A DNA stretch of 32,000 nucleotides from Candidatus Saccharimonadota bacterium (GTDB lineage Bacteria > Bacteroidota > Bacteroidia > Cytophagales > Amoebophilaceae). Positions 9,560 through 18,333 of the stretch are shown piece after piece. Under the pieces are notes generated by a model. It saw only the letters and a program-made list of their open reading frames with translations, did no database searches and was not told where the DNA came from. Numbering within the stretch: position 1 is the first letter of the stretch; every line of letters begins with the position of its first letter. The position numbers and the translations under genes were made by a program. Location of the stretch: NCBI RefSeq assembly GCF_936981045.1, contig NZ_OW441264.1, positions 450,001 to 482,000 on the forward strand, written 5' to 3'.

Positions 9560-11119
9560 ATGAGCAATATCGCTATCAAAAAAATTGATAAACTACTACT
9601 ACGTACCTTTATAACGACCTTTATCCTATTACTTGCACTGGTATTATTTGTAATGGTCATACAAAGTTTTTTCTTTTTGTTTAGCACTATTGCAGGTAAA
9701 GGGTTGGGGATCAGCATCTATGCAAAGTTGTTGTTTTACTTATCTCTAAACACATTTCCTGATGCTTTTCCTATTGCGATTCTAATGACCTCTCTTATTG
9801 TTTTTGGTAATCTTTCTGAAAGCTTTGAGTTAACAGCTATGCGTTCTGTAGGTCTTTCTCTGCAACGTACCCTACGGTTGCCTTTTATTTTTATTCTTTT
9901 TTTAATCGGTGCGCTCTTTTATTTTCAGGATTACATTTATCCAAATAGCAAGCATAAAATATTTGCTTTAGTAAATGATATCTTGGAAAAAAAATCTGCT
10001 TTGTTTATTCAAGAAGGTGTTTTTTGTAATAATATACCTAGATATAGTATTCGGGTAGATAAAAAGCTAAGTGATAATGAGCATATGGAAGGGATTATGG
10101 TCTATGATTATACTAAAAGATATGGGGCGGTTGCTACAACCATTGCAGAAAAGGGTAGGCTGTACACTACACCAGATGAAGGTTACTTGGTGATGGAATT
10201 GACTAATGGGCATAATTATGTAGAATCTTTATCTGGTAAGCGCAATGATGATAAGTCTGATCAAAATCCCACTTTTTATAGAAATAATTTTTCCAAGCAA
10301 AAGGTAAGAATTAGCTTAGACGCCCTTAGGCTGGGTAGCACAAATGCTAAATTTGTACATGATCCAAGGGCAAGAACCCGCCCGCTCCTAAAAAAAATGA
10401 TTGAGGAAAGATGGCAAGAAGTTTTAAATCAGGAGCAAAATAGTAAAAACTTACTTGCCAGGCAGACCATTCGGTACCATTATACAGAACAGCCTAGCAC
10501 CCAATTAAACGGCCATGAGCTAAAGGGATCTGCATCGCCTGTTCAAGAAGTAACCCAAGATGCTGATTTTATATTATTTAGGGAACAGCTTGTAGAAAGA
10601 AAGTTTGATTCAAATATAGCGTGTCGTTTCCAACAGTATGGTCATACGTTACCACAACAGGTTGTGCAGGAGTCCTTGTGGCGTGTAAGAAAAATGAAAA
10701 ATGCCTTAATAGCCCAAAAAGACAATAAAAACCTATTTAATAAAGCATTAAGTGAGGCTTTATATGAGAAGGAACGTCGCTTTGCATTGGCCATGCGGTG
10801 TGTCATTGTGTTTTTGCTAGCAGCTCCCTTAGGTTGCATTATTAGGCGAGGTGGCTTTGGGATCTCTGTATGTATTAGTTTCTTTTTTATACTCCTGGGG
10901 TATATTCTTTCTATATTGTGCAGAGATTGGGCGATAGCGGGTACCATCTCCACTTTTATGGGTGTTTGGCTCCCTAACTTTGTACTGTTCCCTTTTTGTT
11001 GCTTCTTTTTGGTAAAGGCTCAGCAGGGTAGAGGGTTATGTTCAATCGATTGGTACGATTTTTATATAAAGATTATAACGATCATTAAGCGCAAAATTGG
11101 TACTGTACCAGCAGTATAA
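9560..11119 (+). CDS. LptF/LptG-family (YjgP/YjgQ) LPS export permease
   Basis: 519-aa ORF. N-terminal pattern LLRTFI...F..L.. ,  FPDAFPIAILMTSLIVFGNLSESFELTAMRSVGLS. It has 3+3 TM segments around a long hydrophilic central region. Confidence 0.8.
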   Translation: MSNIAIKKIDKLLLRTFITTFILLLALVLFVMVIQSFFFLFSTIAGKGLGISIYAKLLFYLSLNTFPDAFPIAILMTSLIVFGNLSESFELTAMRSVGLSLQRTLRLPFIFILFLIGALFYFQDYIYPNSKHKIFALVNDILEKKSALFIQEGVFCNNIPRYSIRVDKKLSDNEHMEGIMVYDYTKRYGAVATTIAEKGRLYTTPDEGYLVMELTNGHNYVESLSGKRNDDKSDQNPTFYRNNFSKQKVRISLDALRLGSTNAKFVHDPRARTRPLLKKMIEERWQEVLNQEQNSKNLLARQTIRYHYTEQPSTQLNGHELKGSASPVQEVTQDADFILFREQLVERKFDSNIACRFQQYGHTLPQQVVQESLWRVRKMKNALIAQKDNKNLFNKALSEALYEKERRFALAMRCVIVFLLAAPLGCIIRRGGFGISVCISFFFILLGYILSILCRDWAIAGTISTFMGVWLPNFVLFPFCCFFLVKAQQGRGLCSIDWYDFYIKIITIIKRKIGTVPAV

Positions 11120-11127
11120 GTTTATAT

Positions 11128-11185
11128 ATCTGTTCAGATCAGCGGTAAGCAAGGAATCTACCTACCATACTTTTTAAACCAAAGT
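11128..11185 (+). repeat. Degenerate IS4-like terminal repeat / 5' fragment of the R intergenic repeat
   Basis: CTGTTCAGATCAGCGGTAAGCAAGGAATCTACC resembles the IS4-like end CTGTTCAGTCAATGGCGTCAACTTAAGGAATCC (12745) and the start of R1 (16072). Confidence 0.4.
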
Positions 11186-11366
11186 GTTCTTTTTTGTAGA
11201 ACTGCCAGTTACGTGCATGAACAGAACGTAGGCGTTTTGTTTTTGACAGACAACAAATCCAATTTTCATTAAAATATGATTTTTTTCTAAAAGTACATTT
11301 GGCAATGTTGATACAACATATGCGCATTCTGTTGACAGTTATATCAGCATATTTGAGCAATAGTGG

Positions 11367-11376
11367 TACTTTTTTG
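11367..11376 (+). promoter_or_regulatory. Conserved TACTTTTTTG box upstream of HTH paralog 1 (candidate Bacteroidota -7-like element)
   Basis: The identical decamer occurs at the same distance (~30 nt) upstream of both paralog start codons. It resembles the Bacteroidota TAnnTTTG -7 consensus but does not match it exactly. Confidence 0.3.
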
Positions 11377-11405
11377 TGTACTTCCTAGCTACTTATATTG
11401 GATTC

Positions 11406-11894
11406 ATGGAACAGCTCACAGAGAAGCATAAAAGGAAAATAATCCAGGAAGCTATTAAAGAAACGGGTTACCAGGTGGAGGCAGTAGCCAAAGGGTTGAT
11501 TATTGCTCGTAATACGCTTTATAAGCGGCTGAAGGAGGCAGAATTAGAGGATTCGTTTATTATACATGTCAGCAATATCATACACTACGATTTTTCTAAG
11601 GTTTTGCCGGAGGTATATGAAAGAGTTGCAGCCAAGGTTGAAAATAACCCTAGGCGTCTTTATCTAGCTAAGTCTGGAAAACATAACGCATCTAATGAGC
11701 TCCCACATTATGGTACTGAATATAAAAATTCATGCTTTATTCAATTGCAAGCATTAAGTGGAAAATATTTGAGACTTATGGAGGATTACTGTAAGCTTTT
11801 AAAAATATTGGTGGTGTTGGCCAATAGCAGCCAATTCGTGGGCATTAAAAAAGAAATTATGGAATTCCTAAAAAATGAAGCAAAAGAAGATTAG
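11406..11894 (+). CDS. Small HTH-domain protein, paralog 1 (function unknown)
   Basis: ATG at 11406 lies inside track ORF 11376-11894. The N-terminus has an HTH-like segment (AVAKGLIIARNTLYKRLKEA). The conserved C-terminal helical segment is QLQAL..KYL.LMEDY.KLL.IL..LAN...VGIK.EIM.F. TAG stop. Confidence 0.7.
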   Translation: MEQLTEKHKRKIIQEAIKETGYQVEAVAKGLIIARNTLYKRLKEAELEDSFIIHVSNIIHYDFSKVLPEVYERVAAKVENNPRRLYLAKSGKHNASNELPHYGTEYKNSCFIQLQALSGKYLRLMEDYCKLLKILVVLANSSQFVGIKKEIMEFLKNEAKED

Positions 11895-12220
11895 AGAAAA
11901 TACAAATAGATTATAAGCTATACCATAAAAGTCTATAAAAGTAGCATACAGATGCAAAATTTTTTCCTAAAAAAAATGTTCATGGCTCCTGTAGCTGATA
12001 GTACGTACCATTTGCTATAGCAACCGGTTTGCCTTAATTATGATTGGCTGAATGGGTGGTTAGGATGCTTCTTCTCTATAGCATTTTCAATCTTGGCCTA
12101 GCATAATAAATTTAACTTTTTCATAAGTTACAATTTTGTCATGTTAGTATATTTGTCGATCTTTATACAATATTTAAGCATATAATTAACAATTGTATTA
12201 ACATATTGAAGCAAGTGTGA

Positions 12221-12230
12221 TACTTTTTTG
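12221..12230 (+). promoter_or_regulatory. Conserved TACTTTTTTG box upstream of HTH paralog 2
   Basis: Same decamer and spacing as at 11367. Confidence 0.3.
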
Positions 12231-12259
12231 TTTTATTCGCAGCCATTTATAGTCCAATT

Positions 12260-12721
12260 ATGGAACAACATAAAGGAAAAATAGTCGAGGAAGCCATTAA
12301 GAAGAGTGGCTTTCGAATGAAAGCATTGGCCAAGAAGCTAGGTATTGCCCGTAATACGCTTTACACTAGGCTCAAGGAAGCGGATATAAAGGACACATTT
12401 ATTATAGAGATTGGTAAGATTATATACTATGATTTTTCTAATGATTTTCCAGGCATATATGAAAAAAATGAACCAAAAGGTAACGCTGAATCTCCTGGTT
12501 ATGAACCTAAAGGAGATAGGCATGAATATATTGATGAGTCAGCCATTATTAGGGACCCACATTTTACTCAATTACAGGCATTAAATAAAAAATATTTGAA
12601 GCTGATGGAAGATTACAATAAACTTTTAAACATTTTAATTATCCTAGCTAATGATAATGAGTTAGTGGGCATTAAGCAAGAGATTATGGCATTCATAGAA
12701 AATGAGAAGCAAGAAGATTAA
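12260..12721 (+). CDS. Small HTH-domain protein, paralog 2 (function unknown)
   Basis: 153 aa. By eye it is about 60-70% identical to paralog 1 in the N-terminal HTH and C-terminal helical segments, with a divergent linker. TAA stop. Confidence 0.75.
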   Translation: MEQHKGKIVEEAIKKSGFRMKALAKKLGIARNTLYTRLKEADIKDTFIIEIGKIIYYDFSNDFPGIYEKNEPKGNAESPGYEPKGDRHEYIDESAIIRDPHFTQLQALNKKYLKLMEDYNKLLNILIILANDNELVGIKQEIMAFIENEKQED

Positions 12722-12744
12722 AATCCTTGCGGCTTGGATTGTAT

Positions 12745-13048
12745 CTGTTCAGTCAATGGCGTCAACTTAAGGAATCCATTGATTAACAGACTCTTCTAAA
12801 AATATGATAACGTTTTGGCTTATCGACCTTATCTCGACTATATAATCGTCCAGGTCGAATTTTAACTTTAGCGCGTATACAGGCTCTATCGAATAGTGCT
12901 TGAAAGCTTTTAGCCGAGTAATTCCCCATAAGGACTTAACAGAGCTTTTGTCGCATTACACCAAATAAAACTGAAAAATTTAAGCCATATTTAGCAACCT
13001 GCTCTGGGTTCCAAGGACCTTGGACATCACCCACATGCAGTGCTCATA
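12745..13048 (-). mobile_element. Diverged IS4-family element, 3'-terminal remnant
   Basis: Its reverse complement aligns at about 80% (by eye) with 30740-31020 of the IS4-like element (transposase C-terminus plus the terminal CCTTAAGTTGACGCCATTG). The outer end is CTGTTCAGTCAATGGCGTCAACTTAAGG at 12745. It is cut by the MITE at 13049. Confidence 0.75.
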
Positions 13049-13288
13049 ACGTGAGTTCGGGATTTATTTTACTGATTTACAACAATTTAATATCAATTAT
13101 TTAGTTAATATTTACACCTATTTAATAAGTTTTTATATCTAATTTTATAAATATAATATATATAATAAACTGATTATCAGAATTATTTGTTATTCAACTA
13201 CCTATTTAACTGTCTATAAAACAAATTTTATAAATTTTTATTAATATTGATTATCAAATGAAAAAATAATCTAATCCCGAACTCACGT
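13049..13288 (+). mobile_element. MITE copy, with no matching target duplication
   Basis: Same 240-bp element. Flanking pentamers TCATA and TATTT differ. The left flank is an IS4-like remnant and the right flank is an IS256-type remnant. Confidence 0.9.
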
Positions 13289-13567
13289 TATTTTTACAAT
13301 ACCCTAGTGCCATACGTAGAGTGATTTACACAACAAATGCTGTTGAATCTGTAAATAGCCAATTCCGTAGAGTTACCAAAAATAAAAGGGTATTTCCTAA
13401 CGATCTAGCTGTTTTTAAAACATTGTATCTAACTATTAATTACATGATTAGAAAGTGGACCATCCCTATTCATAATTGGAGTGAGGCTATGGCACATTTT
13501 TTAATTAAATTGGAAAATAGAATCTAATAAACCAAAAAATAATTTACACACTTAAGTGGACAGAGCC
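13289..13567 (+). mobile_element. Second IS256-family element type, 3'-terminal fragment
   Basis: Encodes ...FLQYPSAIRRVIYTTNAVESVNSQFRRVTKNKRVFPND..., a Mutator/IS256 C-terminus distinct from the element at 28198. It ends with the terminal repeat AATTTACACACTTAAGTGGACAGAGCC at 13567. Confidence 0.8.
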
Positions 13568-13764
13568 TATTAACAGGAATATTACGTGTTTCTAAGGACA
13601 GTATGCTATCTGGATTAAATAACCTAGAAACCTATACCATGCTAGATGAAGAATATAGTGCTCACTTTGGCTTTAGTGAAATAGAAGTTTCATCTTTATT
13701 TAAAGCAAATGGTCTTGGTACTTCCATGGAAGCAGTAAGAGATTGGTATAATGGCTACAAAGTA
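13568..13764 (+). pseudogene. Internal fragment of an AAA-ATPase-like (PF09820-type) gene
   Basis: The frame reads TGILRVSKDSMLSGLNNLETYTMLDEEYSAHFGFSEIEVSSLFK...VRDWYNGYKVG. This matches my memory of the SG.NNL / FGFTE.EV / WYNGY pattern. It has no start or end of its own. Confidence 0.55.
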
Positions 13765-13908
13765 GGCTCTGTCCACTTAAGTGTGTAAATTATTTTTTTG
13801 GTTTTATTAGATTCTATTTTCCAATTTAATTAAAAAATGTGCCATAGCCTCGCTCCAGTTATGAATAGAGGTGGTCCATTTTCTAGTCATGTAGTTAATA
13901 GTTAGATA
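13765..13908 (-). mobile_element. Second IS256-family element type, 3'-terminal fragment in inverted orientation
   Basis: Reverse complement of about 13425-13567. It starts with GGCTCTGTCCACTTAAGTGTGTAAATT and is cut by the IS982 copy. Confidence 0.8.
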
Positions 13909-13911
13909 TTA

Positions 13912-14729
13912 ACCTGAGTTCGGGATTAGCTTGTTAAAAAATAGCTTTAAAAAGCTTCTTTGTGTTTTAAATTTGGAGATAAAAAAATACTAACCAGATT
14001 ATCCAAAGGAGCCAGTTATGAATGTAGAAAAATTAGTTGAAATATATTATGCTGTTGATGAATTTCTCATAAAGTTTATGCCGTATATGGAAAAACAACT
14101 GTTAACCAACTCTAAAAGAAAACCCACTAGAACTTGTTCATTAACTTTGAGTGAAATAATGACTGTTCTTATTGCCTTTCATGTGATTGGTTTTAGAAAT
14201 TTTAAGTCTTATTATATTCATTTACAGCAATTTTATTCTAGTAAATTTGGAAAGTTAGTAAGCTAGAATAGATTTGTAGAACTGATCCAAAGAACGTTAG
14301 CTCCCTTGTACTGTTTTACACAAAGTTTTTCTAAAACAAAAACAGGTTGTTATTTTATGGATGCAACAGCCATCAAGGTTTGCCATATCAAAAGAGCCTA
14401 TACGCACAGGGTTTTTAAATCGATTGCTACTAAAGGTAAAACCAGCACTGGTTGGTTTTTTGGATTAAAGTTGCACTTGATAGTCAATGATTTAGGAGAA
14501 ATTATGAATTTTCAACTGACCACAGGTAAAACTAATGATAGGCTTCCTGTAGAAAATTTGTGTAAACACTTCATGGGTAAAATGTTTGCCGATAAAGGTT
14601 ACATAAGCAAAGATTTATTTAAAAAACTGATCGAGAAAGGCGTGGAACTCATTACCCAGATCAGAAAAAATATGAAAAATGCTTTTATGCCACTCTGGGA
14701 TAAACTGATGCTTAGAAAACAATCTATAA
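13912..14729 (+). mobile_element. IS982-family insertion sequence, copy A, 3' part lost at a MITE
   Basis: Left terminal repeat ACCTGAGTTCGGGATTAG. About 98% identical by eye to copy B up to 14729, where the MITE begins. Confidence 0.85.
14018..14729 (+). pseudogene. IS982-family transposase with in-frame TAG at 14264-14266, C-terminally truncated
   Basis: Track ORFs 14018-14266 and 14306-14752 are in the same frame. The TAG replaces the Tyr of the family motif LVSYNRFVEL. Confidence 0.85.
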
Positions 14730-14969
14730 ACATGAGTTCGGGATTTATTTGACTGATTTACAACGATTTAATATCAATTATTTAGTTGATGTTTGCGCCT
14801 ATTTAACAAGTTTTTATATCTAATTTTATAAATATGATATATATAATAAACTGATTACCAGAATTATTTATTATTCAACTACCTATTTAACTGTCTATAA
14901 AGCAAATTTTATAAATTTTCATTGATATTGACTATAAAATGAAAAAATAATCTAATCCCGAACTCACGT
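14730..14969 (+). mobile_element. MITE copy, with no matching target duplication
   Basis: The left TIR variant is ACATGAGTTCGGGATT. Flanking pentamers TATAA and TTATA differ. The left flank is IS982 interior and the right flank is unrelated sequence. Confidence 0.9.
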
Positions 14970-15102
14970 TTATAGCTTGATATAAGTAACTTCTTAGCAG
15001 TTAAGAGAAGACTTTTAGAAGCATCTTAAAGCGCTCTTGTTTGAGATTAATGAACCAAATAATTATAAAAATTTCTACGATCAGATTTGTTTTTTAACAT
15101 AG

Positions 15103-15905
15103 TTCGTATATAGTTACTTGTTGGATAAATATTGGGTCAACGCTGGTACAACAAAACAGGTGCATGTACCTAAATCGAATCAAGTTTGGAGTGGGGATAT
15201 AAACGTGAGTTCGGGATTTATTTGACTGATTTACAACAATTTAATATCAATTATTTAGTTAATATTTGCACCTATTTAACAAGTTTTTATATCTAATTCT
15301 ATAAATATAATATATATAATAAATTGATTATCAGAATTATTTGTTATTCAACTACCTATTTAACTGTCTATAAAACAAATTTTATAAATTTTTATTAATA
15401 TTGATTATCAAATGAAAAAATAATATAATCCCGAACTCACGTTATTACTTATATTCGCACCAGTATTGGGTTTATCTACCTCTCAGCTATTATAGATTGG
15501 CACAGTAAAGCCATATTGAGTTATAAGGTATCCAATACTATGGATACAACGCTTGTAATAGATACCTTGCAAGAGGCACTGAGTAAATATCCTCCACCAG
15601 AATGCTTTAATAGTGATCAAGGCAGTCAATATACTAGTCATAAGCATACAGACTTATTAAAAAGGCATAATATTCAAATTTCTATGAATGGCAGAGGTAG
15701 AAGCATTGATAATATTGTAATGGAAAGATTTTTTACAACCCTAAAATATAATTCCATATTTATCAATGATTTTAAAAATATTAAAGTGTTAAAAGAGGGA
15801 ATTAACAGGTACATTACTAAATACAATTACCAAAGGTTTCATTCTAGTATTAACTATCAAAAACCTATGAACGTTCATCTTAACCATGTAAAATTGGTAG
15901 ACTAG
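15103..15905 (+). pseudogene. IS3-family transposase OrfB remnant, split by a MITE and lacking orfA
   Basis: ...YSYLLDK...PKSNQVWSGDI | TYIRT...GFIYLSAIIDWHSKAILSYKVS...DQGSQYTS...ERFF.TLK...Y... is a typical IS3 integrase core. There is an upstream stop at 15100-15102. The reading frame is restored when 15203-15447 is removed. Confidence 0.8.
15203..15442 (+). mobile_element. MITE copy inside IS3 orfB
   Basis: Flanking pentamers are TATAA and TATTA (one mismatch). Removing the MITE plus one pentamer restores GGG GAT ATA ACT TAT ATT CGC (GDITYIR). Confidence 0.9.
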
Positions 15906-16071
15906 CAAATGGGAAAAAATAGAAAATAAAATTAAGAAAAAGATATCCGAATAAATCGGTCCGGTATACCTCTTGTTATATATTTCCGCTGCGGAACTGA
16001 TTATAGGAGCCTTTTGGACGCAGTTTCTCCTATTAAGTTTTTTCCTTTTTTGTAAATTAGCACAGCTTTAT

Positions 16072-16325
16072 CTTTTCAGATCAGTGGTAAAAAGGAATGT
16101 ATATGCTACTTTTTGTTTGATCAAAAAGTAGCCAAAAAATCAAGCTCTGTGCAAAAGTTGCTGCAAGCACACTGGGAAAAACAAAAGCCGCCATGTGGCC
16201 CCCATTAAACTGTTTTTCTGCTCAACTGTAGGGTACGCTTTCTAATGGAAGCTTTTTACAATGGGCGTTTTTTCTTGCTTTTGGGTAGTGTGGTCAGAAG
16301 GCTGAGCGGATACTTTTGCAGGTGC
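16072..16325 (+). repeat. Intergenic repeat R, copy R1
   Basis: Starts with an IS4-like-end-related CTTTTCAGATCAGTGGTAAAAAGGAATG. A perfect 11-bp hairpin follows: GCTACTTTTTG (16105-16115) / CAAAAAGTAGC (16122-16132). The body AAAAAGTAGCCAAAAAATCAAGCTC...GCACACTGGGAAAAACA...TTTTTCTGCTCAACTGTAGGGTACGCTTTCT...TTACAATGGGCG is shared with R2, R3 and R4. Confidence 0.7.
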
Positions 16326-16330
16326 TATAT

Positions 16331-16562
16331 ACGTGAGTTCGGGATTAGATTATTTTTTCATTTGATAATCAATATTAATGAAAATTTATAAAATTTGTTT
16401 TATTAGACAGTTAAATAGGTAGTTGAATAACAAATAATTCTGGTAATCAGTTTATTATATTTATAAAATTAGATATAAAAACTTGTTAAATAGGTGCAAA
16501 TATTAACTAAATAATTGATATTAAATTGTTGTAAATCAGTCAAATAAATCCCGAACTCACGT
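16331..16562 (-). mobile_element. MITE copy (232 bp, small internal deletion)
   Basis: Perfect 5-bp target duplication TATAT at 16326-16330 and 16563-16567. It lies 82 bp upstream of the lnt start. Confidence 0.9.
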
Positions 16563-16644
16563 TATATGTGTAAACAGCAAAATAATGCATAGGACGCCTC
16601 AATACTAAAAATTTTGGGCGGGTTCACCAAAAAATAAATAGTTT

Positions 16645-18333
16645 ATGTCTGATCATCTGATTGTTGCTCCATATGTTTCATGGCTGAACCATATTACTAC
16701 AAAACTTTTTCCCCAACAATTTTCTAAGCGATATCTGGTACTTTTAATCGCCTTAAGCAGTGGTTTTTTTTACTTATCCTGGTGTTCTTTTTGGTTTGGT
16801 TGCTTGTTATGCGTAGCGATTGTGCCTATGCTATGTATGATCAAACTGCTCATCATAGTACCCCCAAAAAAAATTTTTTGCTTGGCCTCCATTGTGTTAA
16901 CCCTATTGCTTTGGAATACACTAACGATTTGGTGGATTTATAAAGCTGCGTTTGAAGGTTTTCTCTTTGCAGCATGTTATAATACAGGTTGTCTTGCTTT
17001 ACCTTGGTTTTTGTATTATTACATGCGAAAATGGGGTGGTCTATATATAGGCTATCTAGGATTGGTGACCAGTTGGCTTACCTTAGAGCATGTACACCTC
17101 TCCTGGGAATATTGGGAACTTACCTTTCCTTGGCTCAACTTAGGCAATGGATTGGCCGCATTACCCTGGTGGATTCAATGGTATGAATATACTGGTATAC
17201 TCGGGGGATCCCTTTGGATTTTGATGGCCAATATCTTGCTCTATCACTTGCTGTTTGAAAAAGCACACCCCTTCCTATTAAAGGGATTTTTGGGTTGGGT
17301 ACTACTACCCATATCTATAAGCTTAATGATTTATTATTCCTATAAAGAAAAAGGAATTCATGTAGAGGCAGTGGTGATCCAACCCAATTTTGATAGCTAT
17401 ACCGAGAAAGATTATACCTCTCCATACTTTGTGCCCTATACGCGCCAGATAGATCGGTTATTGACCCTTTCTAAGCAGCAGCTTACACCAGCGACTTGTT
17501 TAGTAGTGTGGCCTGAATCCGCCATTGACTTCTGCTTAGAAGAAGTAAGGGTTCGTGACTATCTATTGATGCAGCCTATATTCCAGTTTCTCGAAACCTA
17601 TGCTTCTTTAAACCTTATAACCGGTTCTAGTTCCTTTTGTGTGTATGGTCCAATGAAAGCTACCCAAACGGCTCAAAAAAGAAGGGGACAGTATATGGAC
17701 TACTTTAATAGTGTTTTGTATTTAAAGGCTGGACGAACAATAGATATATACCATAAGGTAAAAAGATTGCCAGGTGGAGAATATATCCCCTACTTCCATC
17801 TTTTGCCAGAAAAGGCATTGGTTTGGCTGAAGCAAAGATTTGCCGATATTGGGGATATAGATCCTTGTTTGGGTAAGGGAAATGGCGCTAAAGTTTTTGA
17901 AATAAATCATTACATAAAGGTTGCACCGATTATTTGTTATGAATTGCTGTATGGCGCTTTTGTAGGTAGCAGTGTTCAAAAAGGAGCAAATCTTTTTGCG
18001 GTAGTGACCAATGATGGTTGGTGGGGTGATACTCCTGTATACCACCAGTTTTTTCAATATAGTCGCTTGCTAGCTATAGCCCATCGAAAGAGCGTGATGC
18101 GTGCAGCCAATACCGGTATTTCTGGATTTATCAACCAGCGTGGAGAGGTAATAGCTTCAACCAACCGGTTAGAAGCCGCTGCTATGCGAGCAGTAGTATG
18201 CGCCAATAATCAAATAACTTTTTATAGCTTATATGGCGATTATATCGGTCGTATCGCCTCATGGGCTTGTTTGCTATTATTGTGTAGAGTATACATGGTT
18301 CGATTACGACAAAAGAAGGAATTTGTTTCTTAA
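16645..18333 (+). CDS. lnt: Apolipoprotein N-acyltransferase
   Basis: 562-aa ORF with an N-terminal multi-TM region and a C-terminal CN-hydrolase domain (VVWPESA, ICYE, TNDGWWG). Confidence 0.85.
   Translation: MSDHLIVAPYVSWLNHITTKLFPQQFSKRYLVLLIALSSGFFYLSWCSFWFGCLLCVAIVPMLCMIKLLIIVPPKKIFCLASIVLTLLLWNTLTIWWIYKAAFEGFLFAACYNTGCLALPWFLYYYMRKWGGLYIGYLGLVTSWLTLEHVHLSWEYWELTFPWLNLGNGLAALPWWIQWYEYTGILGGSLWILMANILLYHLLFEKAHPFLLKGFLGWVLLPISISLMIYYSYKEKGIHVEAVVIQPNFDSYTEKDYTSPYFVPYTRQIDRLLTLSKQQLTPATCLVVWPESAIDFCLEEVRVRDYLLMQPIFQFLETYASLNLITGSSSFCVYGPMKATQTAQKRRGQYMDYFNSVLYLKAGRTIDIYHKVKRLPGGEYIPYFHLLPEKALVWLKQRFADIGDIDPCLGKGNGAKVFEINHYIKVAPIICYELLYGAFVGSSVQKGANLFAVVTNDGWWGDTPVYHQFFQYSRLLAIAHRKSVMRAANTGISGFINQRGEVIASTNRLEAAAMRAVVCANNQITFYSLYGDYIGRIASWACLLLLCRVYMVRLRQKKEFVS

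Noticed and set aside
9560-11119. The LptF/G-like permease is long (519 aa), with a ~200-aa hydrophilic central insert that might be a novel domain.
   Set aside because: As far as I recall, Bacteroidota LptF/G homologues are often this long. I cannot judge novelty without a profile search, so it is not reported as a finding.
11139-11360. A 73-aa minus-strand ORF (Cys/Lys-rich) lies between the lptF/G-like gene and HTH paralog 1.
   Set aside because: No recognisable motif. It overlaps IS-end-like debris and the AT-rich upstream region of the HTH gene. It is of a size expected by chance in AT-rich DNA.
16105-16132. The perfect 11-bp hairpin (also at 26162-26189) could be a rho-independent terminator.
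   Set aside because: No U-tract follows on either strand. It is part of the R repeat and is missing from R2, which directly follows lnt. Terminator function is not supported by sequence alone.
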